41,500 nucleotides of DNA from Chthoniobacterales bacterium (GTDB lineage Bacteria > Verrucomicrobiota > Verrucomicrobiia > Chthoniobacterales > UBA10450). A program made the translations under genes and the position numbers. Below, piece after piece: positions 1-7,144 of this stretch. The DNA lies in contig DASQXY010000030.1 in NCBI GenBank assembly GCA_035639455.1, positions 1-41,500 on the forward strand. Direction: 5' to 3'. Every line of letters starts with the position of its first letter. Within the stretch, counting starts at the first letter, position 1. The notes under the pieces are model-generated. The model was not told the DNA's origin and did no database searches. It saw only the letters and a program-made list of their open reading frames with translations.

Positions 1-590
1 GTGATCTCGAGTTCGTTTCGGGCGGAAGGTTTTAAGCTGCGGGTGAGATCGAGAACCTGCTCGTCGTAGACGTAGAGCCCGGGCACGGCGTAGTGACTCT
101 TTGGTTTTTTTGGCTTCTCTTCGAGGCTGATTGCCTTGCCCTTGGCATCGAACTCGACCACTCCGTAACGCCCGGGATCCCGCACCTGATAAGCAAAGAT
201 GCATGCGCCGCGCTCGAGCGCTAGGGCCTCTCGATAGAAGTCTAGTTTGCCATAAAAGATGTTGTCCCCCAGAATGAGCGAGGCGCCGGAGCTAGCAATG
301 AACTTTGCGCCGATCAAGAATGCCTGGGCGATCCCTTCCGGTTTTGGTTGCTCCGCGTACGTGATGTGAATTCCGAGCTGAGCACCATCGGCGAGATAAT
401 TGCGCAGCATCGGGACGTCTTTCGGGGTGGAAATAATGAGTACATCGCGCAAGCCTCCGAGCATGAGGGTGGCGAGCGGATAACAGATCATCGGCTTGTC
501 ATAAATCGGGAGCAGCTGTTTGCAGACGATTTTTGTCAACGGAAAAAGCCGCGTTCCGGCGCCACCTGCGAGGAGAATCGCTTTTTTCAT
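1..590 (-). CDS. rfbA: glucose-1-phosphate thymidylyltransferase (RmlA/RfbA); N-terminal ~196 codons only, as the gene runs off the left edge
   Basis: Not in the ORF track because there is no stop inside the window. My own translation of the reverse complement from ATG 590..588 gives MKKAILLAGGAGTRLFPLTKIVCKQLLPIYDKPMICYPLATLMLGGLRDVLIISTPKDVPMLRNYLADGAQLGIHITYAEQPKPEGIAQAF... This carries the GGxGTRLxPLT sugar-nucleotidyltransferase signature and is colinear with RmlA. The ATG overlaps the stop of the upstream GT4 gene (ATGA at 587-590). Confidence 0.9.
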   Translation of the reverse strand, partial: MKKAILLAGGAGTRLFPLTKIVCKQLLPIYDKPMICYPLATLMLGGLRDVLIISTPKDVPMLRNYLADGAQLGIHITYAEQPKPEGIAQAFLIGAKFIASSGASLILGDNIFYGKLDFYREALALERGACIFAYQVRDPGRYGVVEFDAKGKAISLEEKPKKPKSHYAVPGLYVYDEQVLDLTRSLKPSARNELEI

Positions 591-2479
591 TTTCGATGGT
601 CGATGATCGATTTTCGATCGCCGCCGCTCCAGCGCTGAAGTAACTCGGCCCATCGCTGCCAAAATTTTCCGCGCGAGGTCAAACCGATCCGCGTTCTCGG
701 TTCCGGCAGAAACGAGTCACCGTGTTGATCGAGTAACTTGTGATCAGCAACGCGGCCGCCGATGCATCGCCGCAGCGCGGCCTTGATCCAATCACGCGAC
801 AGTTCCGGTTGAGCTTCGATCGTCGCGCTGACGTTAACATCGACCAGCTCGTGCAAGAGCAATGCACAGACGAGCGCGCGCGAGCTCGTTGCGTGCACGT
901 GGGAAATTCCATGCTCGGCGAGCAGTTTTCGCAAAACCAACGCGAAGCGCGCTTCGCGAAGGAAGATGTCGGACGGCGAGCGATGAATTTGCTGGGCACG
1001 GCTGTCCTCGAGTTTCTGGGCAAGCGCGGCGTTGGCGCGCCATTCCGCTTCGACCGCCAGCGCGTCGGGCAAAAACTGAAGCTGTCGCGCGAGCTCTTCT
1101 ATCTCATTCGCGATGTGCTTATTGCTCCTCAATTCGCAGACGAACGGCACAATCGGCACATTACGCCGCTGCATCTCTGCAATCTCTCGATTCAGCGATG
1201 GGAGATGCGGATCGGGCCAGCGATCAATCAAGTAAGCGACGCGGTTTGGCGCGACAGGTTTCGGTGGTGCAACTACGGGATGCGGTGATTGCTCCAGCAG
1301 CTGTACCAGCGGAATGATTGTCTGGTCGACCCGAAAATGCTGCTCGATCCGCGCACGGCCTGCTGCCCCGTAACGCCGGCGCAATTCGGGATCGAGCACC
1401 AAACGTTCGAGGGCATTAACGAGCGCTGCGGTGTCTCCGGGCGGCACGAGTACTCCAGTTTCGCCATCGACGACCAGTTCGGGAATGCCGGCCAAGCGCG
1501 TCGAGATGACTGGACGCGCTGCGGCCATTGCTTCGAGCACCACCGTCGGGAACACGTCACTGCCGCCTTCGGCGTCCACACTTGCGGCAAGCGCAAAAAC
1601 CTGCGCTGCCTGAAGTCTCGCGAAGACAGCACGCTGGGACAATGAACCCAGTAACGTGAGGCGCGACCTTAGGTTTAAGATGTCGATCCTGCGTTGCAGT
1701 GTATCGCGCAATGGACCGTCGCCGATGATTTCACAGACGAAGTCGACGCCGCGCCGGGCCAACTCCGCGCACGCGTCAATCAGGCGATCAAAGCCTTTGA
1801 ACGCGACTAAGCGACCAACGCTGAGGATCCGCGGCTTGAAACTGTGGGCCGGCTGTGTGGGCGTCGGAAAAACTTCCAAATCCATTCCGTTGTAAACACG
1901 ATGGATTTTTGACGCTGATTCGGCACACCGGCGCTGCAGTAGATCGCGGCTGTAGTCGGTTTCTGCAGCGACAAATTCCGCCGCGGCGCAGATTTCGCGC
2001 AACAAGGCGTCATTGCCGAGATCGGTCATGAAGTCCTGGCCATGCGCGGTCATGCTGAACGTCAGTCCCGACAATTCTTTGACAAACAGCGCGGTATGGG
2101 CGGCGCGGTTGGCGAAGTGGACATGGAAATGTTCGACGCCGTTGCGGGCGAAAAGATCCGCGAACCAGAGCGCGTTGCGCGCCCGCTGTGACGCCTTGAA
2201 ATTGGGACCGTATTTGCGTTCGTGAACGTCGACGAGGGCCCGCGGCCAGCGACCGGTCGCCTTGGCTTTTTGTTCCCAGATCCGGAGAATCGCTTGAGGC
2301 GGCGCGTAATGGATTGGCGCACGCAGCCGCGAGATGTGCTCGTGACGCAGACTCGTGAGCGGGGGATATGCCGAAGCGATGGTGAGTGACCAGCCCAAGC
2401 GCTCCAGCGCCAGCATCTCCATGTCACAAAACGTCTGTGAAATGACCGGATACCGGGAATAAAGATAGCCGAGACGCAT
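587..2479 (-). CDS. GT4-family (WcaL-like) glycosyltransferase with a ~230-aa C-terminal extension that repeats its own N-terminal subdomain
   Basis: 630-aa ORF. The N-terminus MRLGYLYSRYPVISQTFCDMEMLALE is typical of WcaL-like GT4 enzymes. The donor-binding region is EGGSDVFPTVVLEAMAAARPVISTRLAGIPELVVDGETGVLVPPGD (E-x7-E type). Residues ~413-585 align colinearly with residues ~2-175 (see findings). Confidence 0.85.
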   Translation of the reverse strand: MRLGYLYSRYPVISQTFCDMEMLALERLGWSLTIASAYPPLTSLRHEHISRLRAPIHYAPPQAILRIWEQKAKATGRWPRALVDVHERKYGPNFKASQRARNALWFADLFARNGVEHFHVHFANRAAHTALFVKELSGLTFSMTAHGQDFMTDLGNDALLREICAAAEFVAAETDYSRDLLQRRCAESASKIHRVYNGMDLEVFPTPTQPAHSFKPRILSVGRLVAFKGFDRLIDACAELARRGVDFVCEIIGDGPLRDTLQRRIDILNLRSRLTLLGSLSQRAVFARLQAAQVFALAASVDAEGGSDVFPTVVLEAMAAARPVISTRLAGIPELVVDGETGVLVPPGDTAALVNALERLVLDPELRRRYGAAGRARIEQHFRVDQTIIPLVQLLEQSPHPVVAPPKPVAPNRVAYLIDRWPDPHLPSLNREIAEMQRRNVPIVPFVCELRSNKHIANEIEELARQLQFLPDALAVEAEWRANAALAQKLEDSRAQQIHRSPSDIFLREARFALVLRKLLAEHGISHVHATSSRALVCALLLHELVDVNVSATIEAQPELSRDWIKAALRRCIGGRVADHKLLDQHGDSFLPEPRTRIGLTSRGKFWQRWAELLQRWSGGDRKSIIDHRK

Positions 2480-2540
2480 CTGGCGCGATTAGTACGTGTC
2501 GGGCTCGGAAATAGCAATCCGGGTTAACTCACAGACAAGG

Positions 2541-2624
2541 CAACGCCGAAGCCTCAACGCCGAACGAACGCTGAATAATGAGCGTCTCTGGACTTAAACA
2601 TTGGGCGTTCGGCGTTGGGCGTTT
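2541..2624 (-). repeat. CAACGCCGAA direct and inverted repeat cluster forming a long imperfect hairpin between the Dabb stop and the GT4 start
   Basis: CAACGCCGAA occurs at 2541-2550 and 2555-2564. 2555-2566 is a perfect complement of 2606-2617 (12 bp), and AACGCC 2542-2547 pairs with GGCGTT 2618-2623. There is an inner 5-bp stem, 2568-2572 with 2581-2585. No clean U-tract follows, so its role (terminator, operator or REP-like element) is open. Confidence 0.35.
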
Positions 2625-2632
2625 CCTGCTTC

Positions 2633-2950
2633 CTACGAAAACCGAACATCTTTTCCCGGATCCATCTCGAAATCGAGCGTGAGTGAATCGGCTGTGTTCG
2701 GTTTGATTATCTCTTCCATGAACTTCACGTGAATCGGGTCTTCGCGGAAGATGGCATATTTGTCCATGGACTCGAAGTCGATCGCGATGAAGAACGGCCA
2801 GGGCAACTCCGGATCGACGCGTTTGCCGCATTTGATGCTTAGGACCTCGGGGATTTTCAAAAGCTGCATGCGGGTATTCATCATCATCTGCTCGACGCGT
2901 GCGGGAGTGACTTCCGGCTTGAGCTTGTAGAGGACGATGTGGTGAATCAT
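2633..2950 (-). CDS. Dabb (stress-responsive alpha/beta-barrel) domain protein
   Basis: 105-aa ORF. It starts MIHHIVLYKLKPEVTPARVEQMMM... and has the size and pattern of the dimeric alpha/beta-barrel Dabb family. Confidence 0.75.
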   Translation of the reverse strand: MIHHIVLYKLKPEVTPARVEQMMMNTRMQLLKIPEVLSIKCGKRVDPELPWPFFIAIDFESMDKYAIFREDPIHVKFMEEIIKPNTADSLTLDFEMDPGKDVRFS

Positions 2951-3091
2951 TGGCAGCGGCTAAGCTATTAGGCGGTTCGTAATGCCCGCGCAAGTGCGAA
3001 CCGGCCGCAAATGGCACGTCGCAAGAATGGCACGGCTTGAAATCCTCAGCGCAGTTCAGTCAAAATCGCAGACGATGCTTGCGGCAAGAAA

Positions 3092-4339
3092 ATGAAGCAA
3101 CTGCAGCATGTTTTCCGCCTGATCAGGCGGGATACGGACGCTTCGATCGCTGTCGCATTGTCGATCTTCGCCTTGACGGCGTTTTATTTTTCCACCAAGG
3201 CGACGCAACAGCCGTTTGACTATACATTTCGTATCGCCGGCGCTCTGTTGCATGGCAAGCTCGGTTTAACCATGCAACCACCGTCGTGGCTGAACGAAAT
3301 GGTTCCGTTGCGCGGCGAATTTTATTCCGTTTTCCCATTGGGCGCGGTGCTGGTAAATATTCCACTCGCGCTACTGCAAAAGCTCGGCTGGTTGCGTGAA
3401 TATCCCGCACATGCCATCGCGGCGCTGCTCGCCGCTCTGTCGGTTTACTTCTTTTATCGCCTGGCGAGGCTCGTTCACGGGTCGCTGGCCCGACGCATTA
3501 TGCTGGCCCTCTTTCCGGTCTTCGGAACCTGGACCTGGTGTAACCTCGGTTTTGCCGGTGCGTGGCAGCTCGCGCTTGGGTTTGCCTTGCTCGGTGAAAC
3601 GGCCGCCGTTTACTTCACACTCGTTAGGCCACGGCCGCTGATTGCGGGAATGTGGTTTGCGCTCGCCTTTGGCAACCGCGCCGAATTGCTGCTGACCACA
3701 CCCATATTCATTTTTTTTTGGCTGTGTCGCGATGGCTCCGGCGAGCTCTTCAGATTTGCGGCGCTAAAACGAGCGTGGTTGCAAAACTGGCGAACGATTA
3801 CTCTGTTTCTCTCGATTCCGATCGCGCTCGGCCTTGCCACCGCCGTCTACAATTTCGCCCGGTTCCAGTCGGTTTTCGATTTCGGCTATGCCCGTATTCC
3901 CGGCGTGCTGAAGGAGCCATGGTATCGCGGCCGCCTCTTCTCATTCGGCGCGATCCCTTGGAACATGCACAAAATGCTTTTTGCCGGCATGGAAGACGTT
4001 CCTAGCTTTCCGTTCTTTCGTCCGTTTCCATTCGGCAGCTCGATCTTCTTGAGCTGTCCTTTTCTCTTTCTCCTCTTCCGGGAAGGCGGGAAATACCGGC
4101 TCGTGTCGTGGGTTGCGATTGCGATCCTCACCTTGGCCTTGTGGTGCCACGGCAACCCAGGCGGCTGGCAGTTCTCGTATCGTTACGCCATGACTCTGTT
4201 GCCGTGGATGTTCTTGCTTATTCTCGGAAACGGCCCGACGAAATTATCTGCCACTGAGTTTGGTCTGTTCGCTGTATCGGTTGCGATAAACGCGGTCGCC
4301 ACCTACCAATTTCTTTGGACCGACCAGATTCATCCGTGA
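3092..4339 (+). CDS. polytopic membrane protein, putative GT-C-fold glycosyltransferase (paralog of 5695..7068)
   Basis: 415-aa ORF with many hydrophobic segments. The first-loop segment NEMVPLRGEFYSVFPLGAVLVNIPLALL and the later YNFARFQSVFDFGY are both shared with the 457-aa protein at 5695..7068. Confidence 0.55.
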   Translation: MKQLQHVFRLIRRDTDASIAVALSIFALTAFYFSTKATQQPFDYTFRIAGALLHGKLGLTMQPPSWLNEMVPLRGEFYSVFPLGAVLVNIPLALLQKLGWLREYPAHAIAALLAALSVYFFYRLARLVHGSLARRIMLALFPVFGTWTWCNLGFAGAWQLALGFALLGETAAVYFTLVRPRPLIAGMWFALAFGNRAELLLTTPIFIFFWLCRDGSGELFRFAALKRAWLQNWRTITLFLSIPIALGLATAVYNFARFQSVFDFGYARIPGVLKEPWYRGRLFSFGAIPWNMHKMLFAGMEDVPSFPFFRPFPFGSSIFLSCPFLFLLFREGGKYRLVSWVAIAILTLALWCHGNPGGWQFSYRYAMTLLPWMFLLILGNGPTKLSATEFGLFAVSVAINAVATYQFLWTDQIHP

Positions 4340-5673
4340 GCGCTTCGCGCATCGCGTCGTCTCCGAAGCTGCTCTGGACAACGGCGCTGGTTCTGTCGCT
4401 GGTATTGTCGATCATGGCTACATTGCGTGGCGGCTACATCGGACCTGATTACAACACGCATATGGATCGACTGGTTAACTGGTCAGAAATCTTTGACTTC
4501 TCTACCACCAGTCCACCCAGTTACTATCTGCTGGGTCATCTGCTTTTTCGTGTAATCGGCAGCAATAATGCATTTCCAATCTCCTTGTCGATCATCCAGG
4601 CAGCAATCAATTGCCTGGCGCTTTGGTGGTTTTTTGAATACACGCAACACTGCTTTCGCTCACCGCTGATTCATCTCGGGCTTGTCTTTTTTGCTACCTT
4701 CTTGCCTGCGCAGGTTATCCATGCCACGACCATTGGCACCGATTGGGCAACAGTTCCCCTGTTTGTTCTTTCCCTTTTTCTATTCGATAAATTCCTCGCG
4801 CATGACCCAGCCAAACCCCAACACGCCGTGTTCCTCGGGTTCGGCTTAACTGTCGCAATCGCGTTTAAGTATAGTTTCATGGCTCTTCTTCCCGCTCTGT
4901 TTGTCTTGTTTGTTTGTTTTGCTTGGACACGCCGCTGGCACGTGCCTCGATTTATCGCAATTTCTATCCTCGCTTTGCTGCTTCCTTCAGCTTTCTCGCT
5001 CTGCACTTTTTTGGCGAGCCGGCCGGTGCACGGCTACCTAACGGAAAAGCATTGGCTCCGAAAAGGAATGCCTCCTGACATGAACTATAAAGACCTGCTT
5101 TTGGTCAAAAGCGCCGACCTCCGACTGTTCGCCGCACCGGAGTACTTCAAGCGCGACATCTTAAGAGCCCATCAGCACAGCTATTTGGGCTTGTTGCAAC
5201 TTGGAATTTTCACCGACACAATGAATCTGTTTCAGAAGTTAAGTGTACCGCAACGTTTCGGCGACGTTCTCATTCCCGATCAGAAGACGCGCCTGCCGTG
5301 GAAAACGCCGGTCATGCAGACTTCCATGTCGCTGGGAATTGTTTGGACGATTCTGGTGTTGATTGCGACGCCGGTCAGCGTGTTTCGAGCTGTCGCGCAT
5401 CTTTTGGCGAACAAATTCCAGCGCGAAGATGCTGCCGTGATTTTCGGCATTGCATACTTCCTTCTTATATTCCTGCCGATCCCGTTCGTTCACGGAGGTG
5501 CTCTTTTCGGCTACTGGACGCCGAGGCTGATCCTGCCGTCGCTCCTTTGTTTTGTCCTCGCTGGCTTTCTGTTTCTCGACCGCAATATCGTCAAAAAATC
5601 GAGCAAAGGCGCGGCGGCCGTACTGGCTTTTATTGTTCTTCAATGCATGACCGAAATCGTCATGCTCGTATAA
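4336..5673 (+). CDS. ArnT/PMT-like (GT-C fold) membrane glycosyltransferase, putative
   Basis: The ORF track begins at TTG 4315. An in-frame GTG at 4336 overlaps the upstream stop (GTGA) and still precedes the first TM helix (LLWTTALVLSLVLSIMATL). The loop segment STTSPPSYYLLGHLLF resembles the KPPLxYW segment of the ArnT/PMT family. The protein is polytopic, and the gene is lower in GC than its neighbours. Confidence 0.6.
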   Translation: MSASRIASSPKLLWTTALVLSLVLSIMATLRGGYIGPDYNTHMDRLVNWSEIFDFSTTSPPSYYLLGHLLFRVIGSNNAFPISLSIIQAAINCLALWWFFEYTQHCFRSPLIHLGLVFFATFLPAQVIHATTIGTDWATVPLFVLSLFLFDKFLAHDPAKPQHAVFLGFGLTVAIAFKYSFMALLPALFVLFVCFAWTRRWHVPRFIAISILALLLPSAFSLCTFLASRPVHGYLTEKHWLRKGMPPDMNYKDLLLVKSADLRLFAAPEYFKRDILRAHQHSYLGLLQLGIFTDTMNLFQKLSVPQRFGDVLIPDQKTRLPWKTPVMQTSMSLGIVWTILVLIATPVSVFRAVAHLLANKFQREDAAVIFGIAYFLLIFLPIPFVHGGALFGYWTPRLILPSLLCFVLAGFLFLDRNIVKKSSKGAAAVLAFIVLQCMTEIVMLV

Positions 5674-5694
5674 TCGGCGCCGGTGACAGTACGG

Positions 5695-7068
5695 TCACAG
5701 GTGTTGTTTGCCCGCGAGCCTTGCCCAAAAGGTGCGGGTTTCCGGCGGTAGGTTCCCATCCGCTGCTATCCACGAGGCCGTGGTCAGCGTGTTTACCACG
5801 ATCGATACTGCGACCAGCCCAACGATTGCCGTCCTTTGCCATACATTGCCGCCAGATCGCAAAAAGATGGCAAGCGCAAAGATTAGAAATGGATACAGGT
5901 CGGCGCTGTAACGCTGGGCCAAAGCGAAGTATGCCAGGATACCAACAAACTCGATGAACAGAATCGCAGCCGTGCAGCGGTCAATCGCATCGCCGTGGCG
6001 TTTTTGAAACAGCAACAGGATGCCAATCATTGCACCGAGAACGAGCCAGCCTGAGCACCACAAAACAGAGACGTAGTTCTCACTGAATGGCAGCGAATAA
6101 AGCGTCGGATGGGCTAAGTAATGTCGCTGCCCGACGAAAAACGGTGGCGTAGATTGCAACGGTGGAAAGCGCAGGCTGAAGTAGTCGGCAAAGCTCGAAG
6201 GAACGCGCAGCAGATTGAAAACTCCGTGGGCGCGCGCGAACTCGCGATGGACTGGACCGACATAGTAATCATAGTTCATCCGCAGCAACGAGCCGAACCT
6301 GGCATAATTTAGGAGGAGATAAAAAACCAAGCCGAGGGCTGCGGGAAAGAACACCAGTAACAATCGGGCCAGTCGATGTTCGCGCAGTAAGCGGACCGCT
6401 AACAATGGCGCCATGAGAAGCAAAGGCGCGCCGAAGGTGACCCGCGAGAGCAAAGCAATCGTAGTGAAGATCGAGAAACAAAACAGCGACTTAGCTACCT
6501 CTCGCGCAGTTGCTGCGGAGCGCGAGCGGCAGAAAAAATAAAGCGCGGCGATTGATGAGCTTAGTCCCCACAGGACCGCTTCATTGTAAATAGAAAGATT
6601 ACCGAGCAAAAAGAGAAGCGGCGAGGCAAATGCGAAGCCGAGCAGGCACGCATTGGCGAGCCAGTTACGGGCGCGCGCTGAGAGCGGAGCGAACGGCAAC
6701 GTCTCGCGAAGTAATCCGGCGAACGCAAGCAGGCCAACTACTGCCGCGGAAAAACCCGATACGCGCGACCAGCGCCCGCGCCCTTGTGGATAAAGGAGAT
6801 TCAGCGGAATGCGCAGCAGCGCCGGGAACGGGCCGAAGTACATTCGCACCTTGCCATCGACGATCATCGCCTCGGAGCGAATCGCTTCCACGTCGACTCC
6901 AGGGTCGCCACGCAGCAAATGTTCGGCTTGCGAGTCATACGCTTCACCGAGCACTTCCTGGATCAGAATTTGGCGTCCACCGGTTGTCGCAATCAGCCAG
7001 AGCACAATGATCAATCCGACCGTGAGCCGAAGAATGCGGGGCGCGCGCGTTGGCTCTCCAGTCCGCAC
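5695..7068 (-). CDS. polytopic membrane protein, putative GT-C-fold glycosyltransferase (paralog of 3092..4339)
   Basis: 457-aa ORF with many TM segments. It shares SEAMIVDGKVRMYFGPFPALLRIPLNLL and LNYARFGSLLRMNYDY with the 415-aa protein. Confidence 0.55.
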   Translation of the reverse strand: MRTGEPTRAPRILRLTVGLIIVLWLIATTGGRQILIQEVLGEAYDSQAEHLLRGDPGVDVEAIRSEAMIVDGKVRMYFGPFPALLRIPLNLLYPQGRGRWSRVSGFSAAVVGLLAFAGLLRETLPFAPLSARARNWLANACLLGFAFASPLLFLLGNLSIYNEAVLWGLSSSIAALYFFCRSRSAATAREVAKSLFCFSIFTTIALLSRVTFGAPLLLMAPLLAVRLLREHRLARLLLVFFPAALGLVFYLLLNYARFGSLLRMNYDYYVGPVHREFARAHGVFNLLRVPSSFADYFSLRFPPLQSTPPFFVGQRHYLAHPTLYSLPFSENYVSVLWCSGWLVLGAMIGILLLFQKRHGDAIDRCTAAILFIEFVGILAYFALAQRYSADLYPFLIFALAIFLRSGGNVWQRTAIVGLVAVSIVVNTLTTASWIAADGNLPPETRTFWARLAGKQHL

Positions 7069-7144
7069 AAGTGATCAGCAGCCGGTAAGATTGACGGTTC
7101 GCATTGGCTAGATCAGCCTGCTTACTTTCCACGACCGCGTTGAT

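Noticed and set aside
348-2517. ORF-track entries overlapping rfbA and the GT4 gene (348..638, 679..1023, 740..1288, 862..1317, 1273..1645, 2062..2517 and others).
   Set aside because: The region is fully explained by the rfbA and GT4 frames, which carry diagnostic motifs. The alternatives are Arg/Ala/Ser-rich out-of-frame products.
3012-3040. TGGCAC-containing repeats as possible sigma-54 promoters. Also TGGCAG at 15045 and GGTAA-N-TTGCA upstream of the EamA gene (~28880, minus strand).
   Set aside because: The -24 GG to -12 GC spacing is wrong in every case (off by 1-4 nt, or no GC element). Only the site at 37180-37195 fits.
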